A DNA stretch of 64,000 nt from Zootoca vivipara (Eukaryota): assembly GCF_963506605.1 (NCBI RefSeq), contig NC_083277.1, positions 112,592,001 to 112,656,000 of the forward strand, written 5' to 3'. Position 1 is the stretch's first letter. Every line of letters begins with the position of its first letter. The notes under the pieces were generated by a model. That model was not told where the DNA came from and made no database searches. It saw nothing but the letters and a program-made list of their open reading frames with translations. The position numbers were made by a program, and so were the translations under genes. Shown here piece after piece: positions 47,689-59,565 of this stretch.

Positions 47689-50034
47689 ATCCACCGCCCC
47701 ATAGATATGCAACCTGAGGTGGTAGACTCACCTTGTCTCATGGATGGGTCGGCCCTGATGATAATGAGGATAATGTCTAGGGACATCAATCATTTTCCGA
47801 AATGAAATGGCCTCCTGGAGCCAGCTGAGGAGAGGGTGGACACATGCCATGCTTTACAGTCCTCTGTCTGAAGGGCTACCAAAGGGCCATCCTATATTTG
47901 AAAGTGTCCTGTTTGGACAACATGCCATGCCAAACCATGGCTTGGTTGATGGTAGTGAAGCAGCAGGAGGGTGTTGGCATCATGAGCTCTCTGGAAGAAG
48001 GGTGGGATTAAAATGCAAATAATAAAACCACATCGGCCAGGATGCCCATTGATATTACACAACTCTGTACTCTGCGTTATGTTCTGATTAGCAACAATCA
48101 GGGCTTTACATACACAGCATGTGAGAGACTCAAAGCTGATCGACCGGTAAACCTCACAGGGAAAACACACACATTGTTCTTCATGTGTGAAAGGATGGGG
48201 GACGACGACCACTTGTAACACCACAGACCATTATGGGCAATATTGTTGTGACATTTGCACTGCAAACCTGACCAAAGGTCTGATTTCACAACAAGCTTCC
48301 AGTGTGGATGTCTTTTAGCTCATTCTGTGTGATGACAGATAACCGAAGCCCAGGGACATGATTATTGAGTTGGTGAGCTTGGAATATCGACTTGTGTGAG
48401 CATTGACTTGACAACGGCGGAATAGTTTATGGCTGTTAATATCCAACAGGCTCATGGGCGAAGAAGCCAGAAAGGGTTGTTCATCAGGGTCAGGATCTCA
48501 CAGAGGTTATACATGGACACCTTGGACTGTGGCAGGATGGTGCCCTGGGAGGCAACCCGTAGGTGCTTCCTTCATTCTGCATTGAGAGAGATGGCAGAGA
48601 CCTGGATGAGTCCCCTCTGAGTTTCTGGCTGGGTGCGTTGCCCAAACAGAAGTTCATAATGGGCTGGGGAGCAGGAAGGAGGGGTGGCCGATTGAGCTTG
48701 AGGGCCGCATTCCCTTCTGGGCCACCTTCCAGGGGCGAGTGGTGGGCGGAGCTGGAGGCAAAAGTGGGCGGAGCAACAAGGGGACATTTTGCCTTTGTTC
48801 ACTAGGCTACTTTCTACACAGGCGTCCCCCACACCCCTTCCTACCCTCCGCCCTGGACCTGAGGTTCCTCAGCCCTTGGGTAGCAAACGGAAGCTCCTGG
48901 AAGCCCGGCTGGGCACAAATGCTCTCTCTTTGCCCCTCGCCCCGCCAGCCAGCCCCCCACCTCCTGCAGCCAAGACCTGCCTGTGAAAACTATCCAGACT
49001 TAAAGCCAATCAATTTCCAACGAGTAGCAAGAGTTTGACGGGAAATTCATTCCAACTGGGGGCCTTGATTTATCTTTCAAATATACGGACAAGCGTGCGC
49101 ATGATGGAGCCCATTAAAATGTTGGAAGATTGTTTTTATGATTGAAGTCTGTATTACACTCGCCATAAAGAAAGGCAGCGCGGAGTCATTAGCATTTCCA
49201 TGATGTTATATTTCTGCCTGTCGCGGGCCGATAACTCATCTTTACGGCTTGTCCCACCGCTAGCTCTTTGCTACAATGAGTATAGAGTTAAGCAAAACTA
49301 CAGCAGGGAAGGAGAATCCGGCGAGCCGCCTGCCCTTCACGCCGCGATCGCCTCCTCTGCTAGAGACATTTTTCAGCGCGCTGAAAGAGCACATATGCAG
49401 GGAGTCACTCTTCCCCCCGCTGCTATTCTTCATCGGTCCCTCTCTCTGTCTCTCTCCTCTCTCTCTCTGCCCTCCTTTCTTCTGCTCATCCATCCGGCTA
49501 AATGAAACTTATCTTGCATTTCGCCACCACCTCCTCCTCCTCCTCCCGCTCCTAGACTTCCTGGTTTGCTACGGTATCACCAAGTCAAAGAGACAGGGGG
49601 ATTTTTAAAATATTATTATTAAGCAATGACCTTCTTTTCTCTTCCTCCCATTTTTAGCAGAAGACTGTGGCCTGGTCTGCCCTATGTTGGCTGCCCATCA
49701 GCTCTGGCCAGCTGAGGATGGGGAGTTATACCAGGGTATAACTCTGGCTCGGCCAGAGATGTGCTGGATTCTAACCCCACTAATCCCCATGGATCATGCA
49801 ATATAATCACTCACTTTAGACTCTTTCTTTATGAACAACACTTAAAAGTTCACTGTTTTGCTAAACATACTCCCCTTCTACAACTGATAATGAAAATAGA
49901 AAATAAAAAAGATTGTTTATATAGTTCAAAATCTGTCCCTTCTCATGTGCTTTCTCCCAGTTTTATATATGGATTTATTGCACGCTCAGTGTTTATTTTC
50001 AATACTCTAGGGCAAGCTAGCTAGATCAGTGGGG

Positions 50035-50037
<3 letters not shown>

Positions 50038-50087
<50 letters not shown>
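50038..50087. repeat. (AAT)n microsatellite
   Basis: Read directly from the sequence. Confidence 0.95.
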
Positions 50088-51188
50088 TACTGATGAGAAA
50101 TAGGAACAATAGAGAAACATATTCAGAGGGATAGTCATGCTAGCTTGTTAGCTTGTTGCAGAAAAAAACAACAGTTTTGTGGCCCCTTCATTATGGTTTT
50201 GTGGCCCAGTTCATCAGATGTAAGAAAACATACCTACCTTGAGCATCATAGGCATGAGGAAGGGATGATGGGAGTTGTAGTCCATCTTGTGGCGGGCAGG
50301 CCCAAGGTCCCCCAACCCTAGTAAATACGTTATGATGTGACTATTTCTGGCCTTTGACTCCCCACCTACAAAATAATAGGTTTTATTTCCAATGCATAGT
50401 TAGCATATCTAATTGAACCGTTGAACTGTAGAGTTGAAAAGTACCACTGAGGGTCATCTAGTCCAACCCCCTCCAATGTGGAAATCTTTTGCCCAACATC
50501 AATCCTGAAATTAAGAGTCTTATGCTATACCAACCGAGCCATGACCCAGGTTCCTTTTGTGACTCTGGGCACAGTGTTTAGGAATGACTCATGGCTCGTG
50601 ATATTCGCCATCACAAGCTTTTGTCTGCTGCTCTTGTTATATTTGGTTTTTAGTATATTGCAGGTGATAATATTTAATTGTTGAGCAGTGCCAATATGTG
50701 TTTTATGGAGCAGGTTGCATGTAAATATTGTCCCCGCGTGGCAAGGCCTCCGGTTTAGCGCGGGGACTGACCGAGCAGGTGGCAGGGTTTGCAAGGTTTG
50801 CGGGCCAGATTAATGAGCCCGGTGGGCCGCATCCAGCCCCCGGGCCTTAGTTTGCCAACCCATGCACTAAAACTATACGTCTATAAAACTATGAAATAAT
50901 GTTCTTCCCTTGGTACTGAAAAGACCACAAAGAAGGTGCCAGGAGAGCCTTTCTGGGGAGGGTGTTCCACAAGCAAGGCGGCACCACTGAAAAGGCCCCC
51001 TTGCAGCTACACATTGTACCGCATTTGGCCCTCTAGAGATGATCAAATGGTCTGGGCAAGTATAGACAGGAGATGATTCTTCAAAGAACAGGTCTGAAGC
51101 CTCTTAGGGCCTGAAAGGTCACTACCAGAACTTTAAATTGGGTTTGGAAATAGACTGGAAGCTTGCGTGGATGTCTAAGCATTGACTC

Positions 51189-51480
51189 CAGGGGTGGCCA
51201 ACTCCCAAGAGACTGTGATCTACTCACAGAGTTAAAAACTGGCAGTTATCTACCCCTTTTTGGGGGGTTCAGGTCAAAGTTGTTGAGCTTTTTTTTTTAG
51301 GAAGGAGGAAGGCCAATTTGGGGGGGGGTTGGGTCAAAGTTGTTGAGTTTTTTCAGGGAGGAGGTAAAATGTTGAGCTTTTTTTTAGGGGAGCCACAGTT
51401 GTTCAGTTTCTTTGTGGGGAGCCAATGATCTACCACAGACATCTACCAGTAGATCACGATCTACCTGTTGGACATGCCTG
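51189..51480. mobile_element. hAT-like element with internal GTTGAGCTTTTT repeats
   Basis: Termini CAGGGGTGGCCAAC ... GTTGGACATGCCTG; repeated GATCTAC motifs; no TSD found. Confidence 0.65.
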
Positions 51481-51614
51481 GACTATACCATATGCTTATA
51501 ATGACCAGTCCTCAGTTAGCATTTTTGGCTGCTCTGTTTCGGACCAGGTGAAATTTCTACATCATTGTCAAAGGCAATCTCTCACATACAATGTACTGTA
51601 CACTTATTGAATGA

Positions 51615-51657
51615 CATACCCTCTGACATTTCTTCCGTGAAAACAGGGATATCCTCC

Positions 51658-51703
<46 letters not shown>

Positions 51704-51875
51704 TGGCCATCTTATTGGGTTGCTGCATCCACTCTGGGCAACTTCTAAAATATATAAAAACATAATATAACCCCCTTGGTTCACGGGTCACATAACTCCA
51801 TACCCTCCAACATTTCTCTGATGAAAATTGGGATGTCCTACCATCCTCTCCAACACGGGACACTTGGGGGATCTG
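51615..51875 (+). mobile_element. Composite CATACCCTC element with L2-tail remnant and (TAT)n
   Basis: Same duplicated-left-end layout as 23696-24402. Confidence 0.6.
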
Positions 51876-52057
51876 GAATGAGTGTACCTCTTTGCCTGGC
51901 CATGCGCTCTTCTTTGCAAATCAAAATAGGATTGGCAGCAAGGCATGTTGGGCTCATGCAATGTTGCAAAAGCCATGGTGTTGCTGAAGTGCAGCAAAAC
52001 ACCCAGGAAGTTGCATGGGTGCAGCTCTGTTGTGGAGTCAATGCAGATGGAGAGCAG

Positions 52058-52308
52058 CATACCTGCCAAGTTGCTGTCAGAGAAATAAGGGACCGGGCCG
52101 GAAATAGCAGACCAGAAGTAGCGCTGCCGCCATTTTGGAACTGGGCAGAGCAGCATCAAAAGTCGTTTCTGAGCATGCTCCGCCCAGTTCCAAAATGGCC
52201 ACCGCACCAGAATAAACCGGGGGGAAACAAAAAAAATCTGTTTTTTCAGCTAGGAACAGCTGGAAAAACGGGGATTTCCCGGGGAAAACGAGAGACTTGG
52301 CAGCTATG
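52058..52308. mobile_element. 251-bp hAT MITE, shorter relative of 33629-33974
   Basis: TSD GAGAGCAG (52050-52057, 52309-52316). Confidence 0.92.
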
Positions 52309-54501
52309 GAGAGCAGATGCAACAGGGGCATTGAGGAGAATTTGTGAGCACAACCCTATCTCCATCAACTTGCCCAGGCTAATACTAATACGTACTAATA
52401 ATGGAAGCACATTGAACAAAGAGCCCAGATGTCAAATATTTGGCTGAGCTGATTGTCTGTTCCCATTGCAAAAACACATAGTAATAGTCTGACCATCTAT
52501 AAGGAAATATGTGCCTGGCAAGACACACACATTTTTGTACATATTAGTGAGGGTGCGTGTAATGTTGCAGCGCAGGTGAGTACTGATGTCTAGGAATAAA
52601 TCTTAAGAGAGTCAGAACATTATGACAGTTACCACAAATGTCATTGCCAACTGAATGCCTTCAGGAAATATCAAACTTATCGCAGTCACTTTCATCATTT
52701 ACTAAGAAAGGACATACTCCATATCAAGCCAGTGTAAAATATATCAGCTTCATGACGCAAAGTTTTGTGACATTTCCCACTGACCTCTGGAATGTTACCT
52801 GTGAATGTTTGTGACATTGCCTAGCACATGTTGCAGTGAATGTCCCCAATCTGGAGGTGTTGACAATCCTAGTTACCGTAAATGTTTTCGAAGGTCCCCA
52901 CTTGTCCAACATACAATGGAGAAAAATGATCTTTCACTGTGAACATTCACTGATGCACCTCAGTTTTTTGACTTATACAAAATTAATTTGTAGTTCTTAC
53001 TTCACATTCTATGCCCACGCAAGGACTATCTCCAAAGAATATTCCGAGACTCCATTTTCTCCCAGCTGCTTCCCTCTGTCACACTTGCTGTTTCCAAATA
53101 TTATAGCTTCATCCATGCATTTTCTTCATTTTCTTTCTCTGACATGCGTAGGGATGGGGTGAAACAGTGATTTGACAAAAATAAAAATAAAAATGTGTGA
53201 AACAGACTCAGTAAATTGAAGAGGAATGCGAAATGGCGTCACCCCCAACATTGTTTCTCAAAATAAATTTCAACTTAACTTCTCTGATCCTTGTTTAACT
53301 TCAGATTATTTTGCTGAACCCTGACCACACACCCCACCTTCTCATACAAAATCAGGATGGTGGTACAGCAATATAAAAGTATACCGCCCCCCTCCCTCTT
53401 AAAAAACAGTACCAAAAAAATCACTCAAATGACTCAATAAAATTGTAAACAACTGCATAGGCACAAAAAAGTCTCCAAGAAGACAGCTGAAAGTCAAATG
53501 CGAGAATGCCTGAGGGGAGATTCTTCCACAAATGCCCGACTTCTGGTTGAGCCTCTGTAATATTGAAATCAGTTGGGCTTATTTCTGATCAGAAATGCCT
53601 AATCTCTGATACTCGCCCCACAAAAAAAAACCTCTGGTCTGGGGGGAACTTTTAACTTTTGCTTTTCAAACAACACATCTCTGAGGTGGGTTTTGTTTCT
53701 AAATTGCTTTTTTTTTTTTAAAAAAAAGACATTCTCGTTCCATTTTATTTTTAAACATCTAAATGTAAAAAAATAAATAAAAGTTTTCCTAGTACTTCAA
53801 GATTAAAAATAAGATGGCATGGACACTCTTTTTTATTATTATAAAAAAATACTGCTTCAACCACTGCTTTTTCTTTGGAGGAGTACTTAGTATTCCACCG
53901 CTCAAAGAAAGCAAGTGGCTGAAGGAACAATGCACCAGTTTAGTAAAAGTGTGTGCTTTTTCTGTAGATAGCTAACCATAGGGTTGGCCCTCAGGGAGCA
54001 GCAAAAGAGGAAGCCATTTTTCAAAACGATGACAGCCATTTTGTTTCCCTCAAACTTCCAAAACAAAATGGCGGCCATTCTTATTCTCCTTTCACCTCCA
54101 CCCCCTCAAATTTCACATCACGTCAGATATATAGGTGAAAATAATAATTCAATGAAACTGTATTTTGATTATTCCATTTTCTTTTAAGCCTATGGCCTAC
54201 CTAAGCTGAAAAGGCCTGTGCCTGCCTTCCTTTCACGGTACAGAACTAGGCCCTTTTAGGTACTGTATGTGGCAAATGTCCGTTCCAGAACACCGGAAAG
54301 AATAAACTGTTAGAATCTTTGGTGGCCACTGCATACCTGAAAAGAGAATCAGCTAGGCATGACAATTGTTATGAATCTTGAATTGTTTTGTAGATAGATG
54401 AAAGGGGATATTGGGAGACGTTTAATGAATAGGAAAATTAGCCAAAGTCTTAATAAAGAAAGACACTGAAAAATGGTTATATGTAATTAATTACATGATA
54501 T

Positions 54502-54705
54502 TAGGGTTGCCAGACTCAATAGAGGACAGGACTCCTGTGCCTTTAATTGCCCTCCTCTCTTTTGAGTCCGGAAACCTTAAAGAGAAACCAGCTTGGAAAT
54601 TAAACAAAGGGTCTGCTGGTTTCTCTTTAAGGTTTCCAGACTCAAAAGGGAGCAGGGCAATTAAAGGCACAGAAGTCCTGTCCTCTATTGAGTCTGGCAA
54701 CCCTA
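54502..54705. mobile_element. 204-bp near-perfect hairpin hAT MITE (TAGGGTTGCCA termini)
   Basis: 91-bp arms (54502-54592, 54615-54705) and a 22-nt loop; TSD CATGATAT (54494-54501, 54706-54713). Confidence 0.93.
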
Positions 54706-55749
54706 CATGATATTATGATGAGGGCTGATCTGAAGCGCCAAATTATTTTGGATTGGTTCAGAATGATGACATTGGGTTGCAACTATTAAGTTTGCTGCGA
54801 TCCTTTGATTGGTGAAATGAAATGACCTGTGTAATCCGCAAGTGTGTAAAAAAAATTGCTTGCAGCAGCCTCCTTATTTTTAAGGCTGTCCCTATGTGCA
54901 TTTGTATTTCAATAAAGGCCTATCTTTTCACTTACAGACTGCATCCTTTCCCTTCTGTGTGGGTAACCTCCAGTTTAGGAACCTCCTTTTTAATTTCCCC
55001 AACAAAGCAAAACAGCCAATTCAAATGTGTGTGAAATGCCTACGAAATTGTCCATGTCAATTCTCTCCCCCTCCCCCCCAGCCCTAGATGGGGAAGGAAT
55101 TATCTAAGGAATTACCTGATATGCACCTCCTCAACTCATAAGCAAGAGGTGATCCAACTGTGAGTGGCTTTTAATTTATTTTCTTTAAACTGCTTGGGGG
55201 GTAACTAGAAAGTGGGTAGCCAACTATTTTCCTTAATTGTGCTCATGATGTTTCTTTCACGTTTGAACCAAACAGGTGACCTGTTTGCTGAGCTTTCATC
55301 ATCAGTTGTTTGCACGAAAGTTTTCAGGGTGGTTATATGACCTTGGTTGTTTGTTGAGCTTTCATCCTGATTTGTTTGCAGGGAGGCTAGGCAACCTTGT
55401 GTCAGGCAAATGTTATTATCCAACACTTCCCAGTGCATTTTCTTGTCACTTCCCCAGTTTTTACAAGGAAGTTGGTTTGCTGCTCTAGAGTGCCAAATTC
55501 ACTTTAACTGTGCTCCGAATTTGGTGGTACAGTACGTGGCTGAATCCCACCTGGAAATAGTGAGTCTGGAAGTGCCCTGTATCCTGACAGGTTCAGGACT
55601 GGCAATAAAATCAGAAAGCAGAGCAATAGCAGTAGCAATATAGCCAAGAAACGAAACTGTATCAAACAGCAAAAATAACAAACACAAATTCTAAAATACA
55701 GTATAGTATTCAAAATTAGCTTGCCATTAAAATACATGTGTGCCATTTA

Positions 55750-56109
55750 CGTGTCTTATCTGTGTCCCTATTTTCCAGGGACATCCCTGAATCAGAGAAG
55801 CTGTCTTGGTTTCTGATTTGATCCTGGAATGTCCTGCTTTACCTTAGCATGTCCCTATTTTCATTGGAGAAATGTTGGAGGGTATGGAGCTATCCACCCC
55901 CCCCCCCCCAAGCTGTCTGAAGGCAATCCTGTATAGGGAAGTTTTTTTTATAAAAAAAAATGTTTAATGTTCTGTTATGTTTTTATATATGTTGAACGCT
56001 GCCCAGAGTGGCTGGGGCAACCCAATAAGATGTATTGGGTATAAATAGTAAAATTATCATTATGGAATGCGATGCCCCAATTTTCATCGGAGAAATGTTG
56101 GAGGGTATG
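55750..56109 (-). mobile_element. Composite CATACCCTC element with L2 tail
   Basis: GGAGAAATGTTGGAGGGTATG occurs twice (near 55866 and 56089), bracketing an L2 3' tail. Confidence 0.65.
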
Positions 56110-56481
56110 CCATTGTGCATTTGTGCCAGACCCAGAGAAAGAGAGAGCGCATGAGGGCTACATCAGTGTGCTGCTGCTGCATCTATCCATTCTGCTCTCA
56201 TGTATGCCTGGGCATGTATAGCTGTGCGCACGATCGCTCCATCACTGCCTCGTTCAGGCTTTGCCTTTGTAGGGCTTTAAACCTGCCAATGACTTGCGGA
56301 CGTGCTGTGAAATCTGAGTGGTGCCTGGCCAGCTCCTTGCCGGTGGTGTGCGCAACCAGAATGCTAAACAGCCCTTGGGAGACAGGCCTCACTTAGTGTC
56401 GGCATTGGTTGCTTCTCTCAACTGTGTGTGTGTGTAGAGCATGACAAGGCCTTTCAGCAGTCAGCCCTAACTGGGATTTCT

Positions 56482-56483
<2 letters not shown>

Positions 56484-56521
<38 letters not shown>
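56484..56521. repeat. (TG)n microsatellite
   Basis: Read directly from the sequence. Confidence 0.95.
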
Positions 56522-56524
<3 letters not shown>

Positions 56525-56801
56525 AGTGCTGCTTTCTCATAAACGCGATGCTCATTTCTCCTTCCCAGGCTGGCAGCAACAACCTGCTCGATTTATGGGC
56601 CCTGCACTGTGCATTTGCCACCTTGCTAGGTACTGCTTTCCCTCCAAGGTGACAAGACACATATTGTTTAGACAGACACACACAGATAAAAGAGCAATCT
56701 GCTGCTATCTCGTACTGGGGCAGGTGGGATCTGCTTTCTATCTGTGGCGAAAGTCCTAATGTTCATGGAAGCCACAAAATGAGGAGGAAAGAGGGTGGTT
56801 T

Positions 56802-56802
56802 T

Positions 56803-56875
<73 letters not shown>
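56802..56875. repeat. (TG)n(AG)n compound microsatellite
   Basis: Read directly from the sequence. Confidence 0.95.
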
Positions 56876-56877
<2 letters not shown>

Positions 56878-57633
56878 TGCAGGCAATGGAAGGCCTGAAG
56901 GTTTTATTATCTCTCCCCAGGGAAAGTTTAATGCAAGGTGCTAAAATAGATAAGTTGTTGTTTGCACGCATTTGTATTGGACATAAATTAGGCATCCTGT
57001 TAGATAAACTGGCTGCAGCTGTGGGGGGAAGAAGGTCAGTGTGGGGACAGGCATGGTTGGGCTGAACAATCAGCAACTGGAAGAGAAGATGCAAGTTTCC
57101 AAGGGGAGTGCGGTGAGAATAAAAAAAGAGAGATGTTTGAGACTCAGGACAGGTAGGGAGTGGCAAAATCCCAGGAATTGATTAATCTTGTACACTGTGG
57201 GCTCTGCTCGCTCTCAGCCTCTCTGAAGCCCAGGGAGCAACATTTATTGTGGAGGAAGAGGTGTGGGATATTGCCAGATGAGTCATATTTATTGTGTGCT
57301 GATGGTGTTTGGGGCTCATGATGGTACAGGGACAGTTTATACACTTCATGCTTGCAGAAGTTTCGTGGCTGACGTCCTGCTTTATCTCTGGTGAGCGCAT
57401 GTCCCGTAGCTTCCTGCTGAAACCCTGTAACTTTTAAATGCCGCACATATTCAGGTTTAATATTTGTCCCACTTTTGTTGTGCTCCAGATGACAAGATTG
57501 CTTTCACCCTCCGGATGGCAAGAATGCATTAATGTTGGGGAAGCATTGTAAAACAACTAATAAAGTAAAATGATGGGTGGACGGTCCAGTGTTAAATCCA
57601 CTACTAAGGCACTGTTATTGCTTCAATGACATA

Positions 57634-57883
57634 CAGTCGTACCTTGGAAGTCGAATGGAATCCGTTCCGGAAGTCCGTTCGACTTCCAAAACATTTGGAA
57701 ACCAAAGTGTGGCTTCTGATTGGCTGCAGGAAGCTCCTGCAGCCATCCAGAAGCCGTGGAAGCCCCGTCAGACATCCGGCTTCCAAAAATAGTTCGCAAA
57801 TAGGAACAGTCATTTCTGGGTTTGCGTCATTTGGGTGCCAAAATGTTCTAGAATTAAGCTGATCGAAAACCCAGGTACGATTG
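57634..57883. mobile_element. Tc1/mariner (Tigger-like) MITE
   Basis: TA|CAGTCGTACCT ... AGGTACGATTG|TG termini. Confidence 0.75.
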
Positions 57884-58721
57884 TGTTACATAATACACTT
57901 GCAGGAAAAAAAATCCTACCCATCTGGAAAGGCCATAGTTTTTCTCTCTCTCCTTTTGAGCTGCTTTCCTGTTGTGGATAGGAGACATGCTGAGGCACAT
58001 AGAATGGTTGTGTGTGCATGCACATGAAAGCCACAATCTTTCACCTCAGTGGGAGCCTCTCAAATGACCTCCCAGTGCCTTTGTGACACCAGCAGCTTTT
58101 GAACCAATCACCATCCTCCTCTCAGACCAATCTGTATCCCTAGCAACCAACACATCTTTCACACTAAGAAAAATGTCTTCAGTGTTTAATCATCCTAGAA
58201 ACACCCTCGTTCTCATCTTCCTGATGGGAAGCTGGGACTCTGCTCAGACACCCATTACTGGAAATATCATCTCCATATAATCTGTTACTTCATAACTGAT
58301 ATCCGAGTGTGTGAGGTGTCACCACTGAGGTGATAAAATGGTTTTGTTTGTGGGGCTTTACACGTGATGGCTGCTCCAGATTTTATAAGAGGACCATAGC
58401 TCAGTGGCGCAGTCCAAGCTTTCCAGGCAGCAGGTCCAGGCTCAGATTCTGACATCTTCCTTGAGAACAGGAGCAGGCAAACTCTTTTTTTGCTCTGACG
58501 CTGTTTTCATGCATGGAGACATTCATTCATGCACAGAGCAACATATATGATTCTGACCTTTGTACAATAGGATACATTCCACCCATGCCAAAATCAAAGG
58601 TTTCTACACCCAAACCCCCACATTGTCACTGGCAGGACATATACTTCACATGCATAGGAACCCAGGTTCAATCCCCAGCATCTCCAGGTACAGCTGGGAA
58701 ACAACCCTGTCTGAAACTATA

Positions 58722-59565
58722 GTACGTTTCCGAGCACAATTCAGTGTTGGTGCTGACCTTTCAAGCCCTAAACGGCCTCAGTCCAGTATACCTGAAGGAG
58801 CGTCTCCACCCCCACTGTTCAACTCGGACACTGAGGTCTAGCTCCAAGGGCCTTCTGGAGGTTCCCTCACTGCGAGAAGTGAAGTTACAGGGAACCAGGC
58901 AGAGGGCCTTCTTGGTAGTGGCACCCACCCTGTGGCATAGCTGCCAAGTCTGCCGTTTTCCCCGGGAAACCCCTTTTTTACTTACCTTTTCCCGGTGGTC
59001 CCCCGTATCACTTCGTCTCCCGTTTTTCTCCGTTATTTTCTCCTGCCGGCGGCCATTTTTTTCTTTCCAATTTGCCCTTCTATGAGCACCAAAAATGGCC
59101 GCCGCCAGCTTCAAAAGTCGCATCTACGCATGTCCGGAAGTGCATAGACGTGACTTCCGGTGTTGGCGGCGGCCATTTTGGTGCCCATAGATGGGCGGAG
59201 CAACACCGGAAGTTGCGTCGGCGCACTTCCTGACATGCGTACAAACGACTTTTGAAGCCGGCGGCAGCCATTTTGGGTGCCCATAGAAGGGCAAAGCGAC
59301 ACCGGAAGTTACATCGACGCAACTTCCAGTGTCAAATGGCTGCTGGTCCCGGATTCTGCAGTCCGGAACTTGGAAGGTAAGCCCTGTGGAACGCCCTCCC
59401 ATCAGATGTCAAGGAAATAAACAACTATCTGACATTTAGAAGACATCTCTGAAGGTTTAGGGAAGATTTTAATGTTTGATATCTGATGTATTTTTAATCT
59501 TTTGTTGGAAGCTGCCCAGAGTGGCTGGGGTATAAATAAATTATTATTTATTATTATTATTTTAT
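58722..59565 (+). mobile_element. L2-type LINE 3' fragment interrupted by a hAT MITE
   Basis: VLTFQALNGLSPVYLKERL...GTRQRAFLVVAPTLW continues as NALPSDVKE after the insertion; (TTA)n tail. Confidence 0.8.
58936..59381. mobile_element. 446-bp hAT element with CATAGCTGCCAAG left end
   Basis: TSD CCCTGTGG (58928-58935, 59382-59389); right end CTTGGAAGGTAAG. Confidence 0.9.

Noticed and set aside
47720-47790. Retroviral pol connection-domain similarity
   Set aside because: The segment up to 47757 is the right end of the MITE family also seen at 3165 and 44800.
51776-52447. 223-aa ORF, the longest in the track
   Set aside because: It spans two unrelated MITEs, and its middle is shared with ORFs over the 33629 MITE.
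54491-54710. Two nearly identical antiparallel ORFs
   Set aside because: They are an artefact of the palindromic MITE.
54713-54745. Box C/D snoRNA (ATGATGA ... CTGA)
   Set aside because: The boxes are too close together, there is no terminal stem and no host intron is evident.
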